64,000 nucleotides of DNA from Antedon mediterranea (lineage: Eukaryota > Animalia > Echinodermata), in the NCBI RefSeq assembly GCF_964355755.1, contig NC_092677.1, positions 18,002,101 to 18,066,100 on the forward strand. The letters run 5' to 3'. The notes under the pieces are model-generated. The model saw nothing but the letters and a program-made list of their open reading frames with translations, searched no databases and was not told the DNA's origin. Position 1 is the stretch's first letter. Each line of letters starts with the position of its first letter. Shown here one piece after another: positions 53,601 to 64,000 of this stretch. Position numbers and translations under genes: made by a program.

Positions 53601-54899
53601 TTTGTAAACAAACACAAGTTAGAAAACTTCAGCTTTGACGGCTGCACACGAACTTTGGAAAGAAACTGTCACTGACAACAAATCCAACAAATTATTCCGA
53701 AAATTAGGTGACCTGCGACATCTTAAACATATAAGGAACTGATCTTACCATATATGGTTAATTTTTCGCCTATTAATGTTTATTAAACAGCTATAAAATG
53801 ACGTATACTTTATGCTAATGTTTTCGCGCGAAACGTTGATGCCTCTGTGCCGAGAGAGGGCTTCTAAAATTAATGACGTCATGCGAAGTCGAAAATTTCG
53901 CGATAACGGTCATATTTCCCAACGCGGCTCTCCGACTGATTAGACCTACTTATGCCCTAGGCTAGGCCTTGGGTGGCCTATAGCCTTAAATAGTTTTCAA
54001 AATTAAAAAAAGGCAAATCTTTTCGGGATTCCTATTATTATTAGACCTACTTATGCCCTAGGCTAGGCCTTGGCCTATGGGCCCAGGCATACTCTAATCG
54101 AGCATGAGATAGTACTACCGCAGTAAGATACCCATTATTTACAGGCCTATAATAAGAATAAATTTAACAAAACAATATAAATTATACAAAATCAAGCAAA
54201 CATTTTTTTTTTAAAGTTACATAATAATATTATATTGCTTACAAAGGGGCTTTCTATATCTTATCTTGTTGCAAATGTTCACCTTTCGCGACGTTTCTAC
54301 CGACAAATAGAACAGAAGAATATCGGTTTCTTTGAAATGCTGATTGTTTATTGCACGTCCATAAATAAGTGTATTATATTTTGATATGAGTTGTAAACTC
54401 CCTGATTAGAACATTATTATATTGAAACTATACTGTGCATTTGTAAAGTATGTACAACATTGTAAAGTGGGCTAAAATTATAGTAGTAAATACATACAAA
54501 TGTTATTGTCCGGCTTTATTTCACTATAAGGTCATACACATTACGTCATAACTCTTGTCGCTTATTGGTTGCTTGTTACGATTGCGCTTACGTCTCTTGC
54601 GAAAGTTGACTTCAAGTCAACTTTCGTAAGAGACGTAAGAAACGTGACGCAAGGGCGTTCATTCAAGCGTAAGATCAAAAATCCCGGTTTCCTGTAAAAT
54701 CGGAAGAAAACGTCGTAACGCAACAATTGTTAGGTCATCGGTTTCCTGTAAAATCGTTTGTCGTTACCATTTTTCTTACGTTGCGTCGATTTTATAAATT
54801 TTCGATCGTAATCGGTTTCCTGTAAAATCTGCATTTCTTACGACAAATCGACGTAGTCGCAACAAAAGTGATGTTCTTACGTCGACAGGAAACCAGCCT
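50602..54899. mobile_element. Same family, copy C nested in A
   Basis: Full TIRs; TAA TSD at 50599-601 and 54900-02. Confidence 0.92.
51240..53938. mobile_element. Unclassified 2.7-kb non-autonomous DNA transposon nested in copy C
   Basis: TIR CAGTCGGA(A/G)AGCCGCGTTGG (19/20 match); 4-bp TSD ATTA, defined by comparison with the empty site in copy B. Confidence 0.85.
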
Positions 54900-55457
54900 T
54901 AAGGACATACACATTACGTCATAACTCTTGTCGCTCATTGGTTGCTTGTTACGATTGCGCTTACGTCTCTTGCGAAAGTTGACTTCAAGTCAACTTTCGT
55001 AAGAGACGTAAGAAACGTGACGCAAGGGCGTTCATTCAAGCGTAAGATCAAAAATCCCGGTTTCCTGTAAAATCGGAAGAAAACGTCGTAACGCAACAAT
55101 TGTTAGGTCATCGGTTTCCTGTAAAATCGTTTGTCGTTACCATTTTTCTTACGTTGCGTCGATTTTGTAAATTTTCGATCGTAATCGGTTTCCTGTAAAA
55201 TCCGCATTTCTTACGACAAATCGACGTAGTCGCAACAAAAGTGATGTTCTTACGTCGACAGGAAACCAGCCTTAAATTCATCCACACGTAGCATGTCGGC
55301 CTTCAGCTCCTTAATTTCTTCTGCTAGAAAATCAACTGATTTAATAATATCACGCCTAAAGTTTTCAGAGTCCAGTCTGATTTCCACTTGGCTTTTGAGG
55401 ATATTTTCCAAGTGTCGCCTTTACATAGCGTTGGAACTCATAGCATCTTCCCCGCCA

Positions 55458-56647
55458 GCGATTTTTTTTTTCGTACATAAGTTGGGGACCCCCTCATGAA
55501 ACGTCACAAAATAAACATGAATAATTCATCAGTTAAATTTTCTTGTTCCGTGTGCACCCAAGCGTATAGCAACAAGAAGTGATTACACAAGTGCGGTACG
55601 ATTCTAGGCCTATCTCCGCTGTTGAAGAATAGCGGCGTTTTGTGTGGATTGTCGAAATAATCGGCCTTTAGTTTATGGTGTTTTTAATATAATTTATTAC
55701 TAAAGAATTACGTGTTAAAATTATAGTTTCTATTAATACTATTAGGTCTAATTATTAGTCTCTAAACCCATGTCTATTCTAGTAGTAGCTGTGTGGATGT
55801 GTGTGACGTGTGTGTGTGTTAGGTATGACCAAAGATAGTTACACTATCTTTGGTATGACACAATCCGAGTAATAAGTCAGCAAAATTAAACAATAAACAT
55901 TACACAAAAATACATTTTTTATTCTCGTGGGTCAAATCTTCCCATCTCATGTGTTCATATACGCGCATTTTTAAAGTTCCTTTGAGTACATTGCATATTG
56001 TTTGATAATTGATAGCAGAATTTAAAAAATACAGTACACAAATTATACACATTCTTTATTCTTGTGGGTCTAAGCTTTCTTTGGGCTATGTCCAAGAACG
56101 CTTGGGTGCACACGGAACAACAACTGCGATACGATTCTTTCTACAATAATAGGCCTAGGATTCTAGGTCAATTCATGATATTGCCTTCGCGCACTCTTCT
56201 TCACACACACGTCCACTATGCAAAATGTGTCGAGGCTAATCGACAGCTAGGCAAGACATTAAACTAAGTAGTAATTGGACATAGCCCAAAGACACAAGTC
56301 ACACACACCCACTACTCTAGAATATACAGGGGTTTAGAGACTAGTAATTAGGCCTAATAGTATCAATAGCAACTATAATTTTAACACGTAATTTTTTAGT
56401 AATAAACTATATTAAAAACACCATAAACTAAAGGCTGATTATTTCGACAATCCACACAAAACTCCGCTATTCTATTATGAAATCAGCGGAGATAGGCCTA
56501 GAATCGTACCGCACTTGTGTAATCACTTCTTGTTGCTATACGCTTGGGTGCACACGGAACAAGAAAATTTAACTGATGAATTATTCATGTTTATTTTGTG
56601 ACGTTTCATGATGGGGTCCCCAACTTATGTACGAAAAAAAAAATCGC
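55458..56647. mobile_element. Non-autonomous Mutator-like element (MULE)
   Basis: TIRs of ~330 bp starting GCGATTTTT; perfect 9-bp TSD TCCCCGCCA at 55449-57 and 56648-56. Confidence 0.88.
55830..55852. mobile_element. 23-bp palindrome with perfect 7-bp TSD (P-like footprint)
   Basis: GTATGAC-CAAAGATAGTTACACTATCTTTG-GTATGAC. Confidence 0.7.
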
Positions 56648-58904
56648 TCCCCGCCAGCTGCCACTGAACCCATTGTTGTTACGTCACTACAGTCTGGAAT
56701 GGACTGTTATGCTTCGCTGGTTTCGTTAGGCCGGTTTGGGTTTGAGTTTACCGCCTGACCTTCGGTAGAATGTTTACATGACACTGGTCAGGCTGACATT
56801 GAACAGGTACCTTCGGTTGTTTTTTTTTCTTGTTTGTTGTTCTTTCTAGTATTCATGTTTAGGGTTTATTAGAAGCATGTACTAGTATTTAACAATTATA
56901 GCTACTATGCTTGTCTGGTAAGAAAAAAAGACGAAATATATTAGTTTTTTCTCCAAGCACTCAGCCAAACGTGTTACTCGCCTCAGCTCGTCATCACTAT
57001 CAATCACTTACCTATCCATCATTTTCATGATCATCTTGAACTTTTAACTTTGTTTAGGTGACATTTCCGAGCATCCAAATGCTTCAGAAGATGTTGCTTC
57101 CGAAAACTTGCCGAAGATGACGTTCTTTGTAAAGGACTATTAAATAAAATCATAAAATTCACTTTTTGGCTACTGTTTCGTATGTTTTTCATCATTTCCA
57201 ACCCTCTTGAAACCATTCTAAGGCATTCCATGCGATACAATGTCAAAATGTTGGTTACAACATATACATATCTCGGGCATTTTAGATCATTACCTGGTTT
57301 TTCTCTACGTGACGCCACCTACCGGTGGTTCCGGGGACATTGCGTCTTGTTCTTTTTACTCTGGGTAGAGATTAAAAACTGAAATATACTGTTTTAGGCT
57401 TTCTAGTATTTTAAGATTTATTGATAATCTCACTACTTTAATTTAACTCAACTTCATAAATATAATATTTATATTATATAATTTGCCAGAATGCAACATA
57501 ATATAATTACAATAAAAGTGCTCTATTCAATGGTAATGATTACATCTACATTATAGTGTCGTCTTTCATAAACAAATTTTAAATTCCATTCTACTACGTG
57601 AGAGGTACAATCGTGCAGTATTTACCCGAGTATTTACAACTATTTAAGTCACAGATACGCACCAATGTTGGATATAACATATTTAATATGACAATTTTAA
57701 CTGTTTTGATGAATAAAAAAAAACAATGATAAAAATATTTACTATGGATATCACAAAAGTAATCAATAATACATTTTATTTAGAAATTAAATATAAATTA
57801 ACTGCCCAATAAATAATCTTTAAATGCAACCACAGCAGGAAAACAAAAAATAATAAGCCAAATATACATTGACCTACACAGTTAAGGGGAAAAATGGAAA
57901 AATCAGCAATGTGGTCACGTTATACGAGTTGTCAAAAAATATAGAAAATTTGATAAAACCCCTAGAAAGTAGAAAGCCCTTTGCCATTTAAATATATAAT
58001 GATGATAATTTTTATTATAAATAATAATAGTACACTAGTTTAAAATAAACTAGTGTACTATACTATTTTAGAACTATCTCAAATTTACCTTTCCATGCCA
58101 AATTAATTGAGAAAGTTTGTCTCCACACAGTAAATGTCATACCTTATTAATTTTAATTTGTTAGACCCATTCCAATCAGCATATAAATAAGGTCACTGTA
58201 CTGAAACAGCAGTTCTCAGGATACTAAAGTGGCGTTCACATCGAACTATGGCTAGTTAATTTAAGTAGATTATCTACATGATCTCGCCATAATTTGGATG
58301 TGAACGCTCAATTATGTCCAGATGATGTTTTTTTTCTGGACAATTATTGCTGCTTGGATTTAGAAGTAAATCCAAGGATAGCCAGTTATTTTATGAGGGT
58401 AATCCAATTAACAACCCAGCGGGTGGCCTTTAGCCTCATTTGCACCAATGAAATTGAAGAATTTTTTAACCCATTTCATTTTCATATTTAACATTTGAAT
58501 TGGAAAGAATATTGTCATTCTTCATTGTGTACCCCATAAAATGTCCTAAAAAATTAAATGAACTATGTCTGACGAGGACAGAGGTCTAATAGATATTAGA
58601 AGATGGTAGGCCTAAAATATTTACTATACAGAAAAATAGAATACAAAATTTAACACAGAAAGTAAAATGACCAATTGTTTGTAATCAGAAGTTAAAAGTA
58701 AACAACATACGGGATAAATAAAAGAAATAGATGATTTTTTTAACATAAAATAGCATTTAAAATCTCCAATACCAGGATTTCATGAAATTTAATTAACTAG
58801 ACATAATTGTACCAAAGAACGGGATTTGTCAAAGTTAGTCCAGTTAGTAGAAAATTGTTAAATCCACTTCTTCTAGAGACATAGTTCCATGTGAACCCCA
58901 CTTA

Positions 58905-60145
58905 TATGACATAACAGTTGCTATGGACAGTAAGCAAGCAGTTGCCCTTGTAATGCTTGACCTATCTGCTGCCTTCGTTACAGTTGACCACCAAATACTT
59001 CTTGATCGTCTTCATTCTTATTTTTGCATTTCTGGCTTTGTTTTGAACTGGTTTATTTCATATGTTCAAAACCGTACACAATTCATTGGAATAAATGGTG
59101 TTAGATCGTCGCCTAAATAAATGGAACGCGGAGTCCCTCAAGGATCCATCCTAATTGGCCCGATTCTTTTCTCTTTATACATATTATCTCCTTTATCCCA
59201 AATTATCAAACGTCACAACATTTCTACGCTGATGATATTCAGTTGTATATTCTTTTTGATCCCCATAATCTACTTATTGTTATTGAACGCCTTGAGAATT
59301 GCCTTAAAGACATCCATACCTGGCTTTCAACCAATCTCCTCAAATTAGATGATAATAAATCTGAATAAATCATTTTCTGTACTAATCATATTCGTACCAA
59401 AATAGCACCCCATTTTATTACTATTGGCTCATCACTCATACTTCCGTCTCAATTAGTTACTAATCTTGGTATAAAACTTGACGAATCTCTAAACATGCAA
59501 GCACACATCAGTTATATTACTAAATCAGTAAACTTTTATCTTCGCAATATTGCACACATTCGACGTTTTCTTTCGATACGCTCCACATCCTCTATCATTC
59601 ATGGTTTTATCTCCTCTCGTCTTGATTATTGCAATTCTCTGTTCTATGCCCTTCCGAATTTTCAAATTAATCGTCTTCAACGACTACAGAACTCGGCTGC
59701 TCTTATCATTACGTTCACTAACCGTCGCTCTCACATTTCACCTGTTCTTCGAGAACTTCACTGGCTCCCCATTGACAATCGAATCAAATTTAAAATCTTG
59801 CTCCTTACTTTTAAAGCACTTCTTTTCAACCAACCTGCTTACATCCATCAATTAATCACCTTTTATGTTCCTGGACGGACTCTTAAATCATCTGATGATT
59901 GTTTACTCTCTGTTCCACGCATAGCCATTAAAACCTTTGGTCATAGATCGTTTTCTTTTGCAGCACCCACACTCTGGAATTCACTCCCCCCACACATTAA
60001 ACACTGCTCTTCTGTTGCCTTATTTAAAAAATTGCTCAAAACTCATTTTTTCGACCACTAACATGCCCAGCGCCTTTGATTTTGTACCTCGGTCTTTGAA
60101 TTGACGCTTTATAAATATTGATATAATAATAATAATAATAATAAT
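58905..60145 (+). mobile_element. 5'-truncated L2-clade LINE
   Basis: LDLSAAF.TVDH, GVPQGSIL, SRLDYCNSL, HISPVLRELHWLPI..RIKFK, APTLWNSLP; (TAA)n tail. Confidence 0.9.
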
Positions 60146-62285
60146 TATATTTAGAAAATAAGAATATCGGAATAGGCCTTCTGTCAGTCGTAGTGTATGT
60201 TTTTTAATAATAAGAAATTCGTATTACGAGGGACAGGTAAGGTCTTTATGGGTGCATGTTGGTATTCCACCTTCCAATACGAGTAAAACACAATTTGCAG
60301 CACAAATTTGATAAAACCCCTAGAAAGTAAAAAGCCTTTTGTCATTTTCCCCCTGACTGTATATTGTAATTATAAATGAAACTACATAAATCACATAATA
60401 ATTTGAGCAATTAACTTATAGACACTGGAAGGCAAAGCAATGATTGGTCAACATGTTTGTCCAGTACAAACAATTATAGTAATAAACATAAAAACAAAAC
60501 TATATATCAAAAATATTAAAGAAAGACTTAACTTTTTAGTAAATAACCAGTGTAACGTGTTATTTGAAGATAACAATAATCAATGAGCTAGTAGTAAAAT
60601 CTACCACCATACATATTTCAAACATCAATTCTCATCACAATTTAATCATACCATCACCATTATTTGAAGAAATATTTAACCAATGTAGGCTAACTTGCAA
60701 TGTTATAAAGTTAAACTATGAAACTATTACAATATTAAATAAATGTTTTCTATGTTACCACCGGAAAAAACTCGATGCTCTGCTCTAGCTGTTGAAAGAC
60801 AAGGAAGAGAGCAGTAAAAGACAAACAATAAATCAAGGAAGAGGTGGATCTCTTGCTTGAGCAATTTTGTGACTTTATGTGACTCGGACCTGACTACAAT
60901 AAGCAAATGAAAGACTTTAAAGCGGTGACGGATCGATGGGGCATGGATCCTGATATTGACGTGGCCGCCTCGTTTAAGACCGCCAACGATCTCATCGAGG
61001 ATGCCACTTCGAACATGGCAAACAAGACCGAATTGGGTGATTTGCTCAAGCGCCGTTTTCCAAAAAATAGTGCACGTTACAAACTCTACATCGTTGAGCG
61101 AAATCCTAGACATCTACAAGCGATTCAAAACAGTCGAGCAACGAATCAAAAATAAACAATGAACGATCAAGGTAATAGAAAACATAAAACACGATACGAA
61201 TGAACCGCAAGAGAAAGCTTAAACCCGCCACCGCCACCACAGACGATGAATTCGAAAAACGTATAAACAGTCTCGAGAAACTTACAGAAATGTTGGGCAC
61301 ACAACTGCAAAAATTACATTTTTGGAAATCTAAGAAAAGTTGCTACAGTAACTCAAAGTAACTGGTGATTGGTCAATTCAGAATATCTTGGATTGGTCCA
61401 TTATTAATCAACTTTTGTTAATAGTTATTATTCTACCTATTCCTGAATATATATAATAATTAATATTTAAATGAGTCATTTTTGTAATGATTTTCCAAAA
61501 GAATAAATGAATATTTATTCCTAATTCGTACTAAGAATGATGTAATTTACTCCACACACCTGCTGAATAATGAATCAGTCCAGTTTTCTCCTTTGGCGAG
61601 GGGAAATGTTTATTCTTCCCTGTACCGTGTTCCAAATTGAAAGTTTGTAGTGCCGGACTACTTAAGCTAGTATATTTATAGCAGAAATAACGAATTACAT
61701 ATAGACGTTAACAAATTTCACATTAAATATATAATTGTGTATTTTATTAGAGAAACACATAATTTGTATCAGTTGGTTACGGAATCAGTCCAGTTTTTGA
61801 TAGTATTGTTTTAAAAACAAAGTTAAGGAATCTCGCCCAGGCGATCGCACATTAAATATATAGCCCGCCCTCTATTAGGAGAAACTTTTTTATAATCTTT
61901 GTGGAAATGGTACTAAATAGGCCTAATCATTATTTTTATGTCGATATCTGGAATAAATTCAAATCGTTATTAATTTGTATTAATTGAGATATGATAGTCT
62001 TTAATGTACTGTTGGTTTACACATTAAAAAGCTTTTTAAGTCTATAATTTAGTTTAAATACCCGTGAACAAAATGTGAGAACGATAAAAAAGAAAATTCA
62101 CTTTTCTGTCCTAAATGTAACATAGATAGATGAATATATTTACTCTTATTGATATTTAACGAATATATTAGTGTAAAACACATAATACTAACTGCTTTTT
62201 TTTTATTCCGTACTATAAAACTATTTTATATCATTTTTTGTTCAAATTTGTGAAGAAAAAAATTAATATGTTGTTTTTTAAAATT

Positions 62286-62335
62286 AAAAATATGGAACGC
62301 TTCACGATTTTGCGTGTCATCCTTGCGCAGGGGCC

Positions 62336-62367
<32 letters not shown>

Positions 62368-62392
62368 ATATATGTACTGCCTAAGCGAGTAC
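62286..62392 (-). ncRNA. RNU6: U6 spliceosomal snRNA
   Basis: 107-nt full-length match including the ACAGAGA box, AGC triad, internal stem-loop and TTTTT terminator. Confidence 0.95.
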
Positions 62393-62416
62393 ATTTATAT
62401 CAGAAATAATGACTTC

Positions 62417-62463
62417 TATATACACGCTATCATATTTTATTTTCAAATATATAAATGTGAATT
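62417..62463 (-). promoter_or_regulatory. Pol III type 3 promoter of U6 (TATA and PSE-like element)
   Basis: TATATA at -25 to -30; TTCACATTTATAT.. at about -50 to -70. Confidence 0.55.
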
Positions 62464-63314
62464 CTGTTAAACGCGAGTCTCCTAGGTTAAAAACGCATTA
62501 AATGAATCGTTGTGTGATTTTCCATAACCTTATCACCTTATAAGTTTAGTTTATATTACATCTAATAATAAAGATGATTTAATAATATATTTATTTATAC
62601 GTCTTATACCTACAGTCTTTAAAAAGATGTCATTTAAATATGAATAGAAAATGGACACAAAAGCAACTTAGTACAAAGCAACAAGGCTGCACTACTTGTA
62701 TTTAAATTCTTTTGTTTTATTCATCAATCTTTTTGTTTGCATATTGGCGTCGTGTCTTCCCTAAAACAATGCCTGCATTCGTTACGTTGAGTTCTCTACA
62801 AAGTCATCTACTCTATACTTTTCCGAAAAGAATCTGCATACATCCATCTGCGTACGATTCATCACACACACACACCAAAAAACGCGAGGCTATTGAAAGT
62901 CAACCGACAGTTAAAAAGTCAACTGAAAAGTGTTAGCGACGAACGAGACGAACTTCAAAATCGACTTGAAACCGATGCACACGTTCGAGATTCGCAAGAG
63001 AATCCATCTCCCATCAAGCAGTTGGTCGAAATGTACGCCAGCGTTCTGAACGTGCCCATAATGGAATTGAGGAACGAACGTACAATCAACGGACTGTCAA
63101 AGGCTTTGCTTTCTGGTTCCGCCTATTGATCAAGAAACGTTTAATTTCCTTGATATCAAACTCAAACAAATGAATACAATCTGAATAGCCACAAATTCGT
63201 CGCCGGTTCGTTATGGCAAATTATTCGACAGTTGCAATTGTTCAACTTAAACAAAAACAAACTAACCGCCGAAATCAATCACAAAATAACTGCCAAGAAT
63301 CTCTCTGATGAATA

Positions 63315-63935
63315 TCAACGGTTCACCGTTCTGATTGTTCCCATCGTTGTCAAGGAGGACGCGGCTCGTCGTAGACAACCGTCACTGTAAGAGAACACGT
63401 CAAAGTAATGCACATCATCCATGATGCATTCATGGAACTTGATGAACGGAGGTATGGACAGTGGAAACATTATGTAAGCTTGTCTTGTGCAAGCTTCCTT
63501 GATTTCAGATGTTACTGCTTTTCCGTTCCACAGTACGCACTCTTTTGTCGTCCAGTGAACGATACCTTCCACGCCCGTCCGCTGTCGGTAGTCATCGCCC
63601 GTTAACACTAGGTTTTGTTGCGGATCGTACAGACCGACAATGCATTCATCGTTTAAAACGTCCACGGACAGACACCATCTCTGGAACGTTTTGCAAAATC
63701 CACTGTTTTCGGCTGCATCCAACGCTCAACAAACGTATCGGCGCACAAGCATCAAAGATGGAATCAAGCGTATCAATCGTAACAGTCTATGCTCTCTACT
63801 CGAAGAAACTGTCGAATCGATTGCCAGCTTGTTGTCTAGAAACTTGTACTGAAAAAAATCGTCTCGTTCTTTTTCGTTACAAAACACCCCAGGCATTTTC
63901 CATAACGGAAACATACAAGTCTGTATTTTCACCAT
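63315..63935 (-). pseudogene. Unidentified intronless ~206-codon reading frame with one in-frame stop
   Basis: ORFs 63726..63935 and 63315..63722 are in the same frame, separated only by TGA and one codon; composition is richer in GC and CpG than the flanks. Confidence 0.35.
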
Positions 63936-64000
63936 GTCCGAACATGAAGCGAATAGTTGATCGTCGACAACGACGACGAGACGAGTGCGATGGCATCGTT

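Larger units (their letters stand above)
48044..55272. mobile_element. Non-autonomous Harbinger-type element, outer copy A
   Basis: TIR AGGCTGGTTTCCTGTCGACGTAAGAA at both ends; TAA TSD at 48041-43 and 55273-75. Confidence 0.9.
47600..56760 (-). pseudogene. L1-type ORF1 remnant split by DNA-transposon insertions (pieces ~47600-48043, 55273-55457, 56648-56760)
   Basis: LERHSRRNNIRIVG..E..VERAH..RPRHILVKFLSYQDK, typical of the L1 ORF1 RRM; coiled-coil-like piece upstream at 55275-55450; outer limits approximate. Confidence 0.7.

Noticed and set aside
48030-55499. Short ORFs within the nested transposon stack
   Set aside because: Low-complexity AT-rich translations with no transposase motifs; the elements are non-autonomous.
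58565-58600. CTGACGA-GGAC..GTCT as another hammerhead
   Set aside because: It lacks the GAAA core and stems I and III.

Overview
AT-rich, intron-containing animal genomic DNA, probably from a marine invertebrate. The main feature is one ~40-kb plus-strand gene that I reconstructed by hand from 17 coding exons (6589..46144). All introns are GT-AG with compatible phases, and the joined CDS is 11,379 nt, or 3,792 aa. It encodes a giant secreted GH9 endoglucanase (cellulase): signal peptide, seven CBM2-like modules, a ~2,000-aa Thr/Asp/Glu tandem repeat on a single 6.3-kb exon, and a C-terminal GH9 catalytic domain. The introns and flanks are packed with mobile DNA: Penelope, several LINE clades, Gypsy, Harbinger, Academ-like, MULE, Helentron-type elements and SINEs. 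They also hold a complete type I hammerhead ribozyme with two minimal or degenerate ones nearby, four tiny palindromes resembling P-element excision footprints (three with clear 7-bp TSDs), a Harbinger-type element nested in copies of itself, and a 5S+tRNA composite SINE. A U6 snRNA gene near the window end is flanked by unidentified intronless ORF remnants. No database searches were run; family assignments come from motif recognition.
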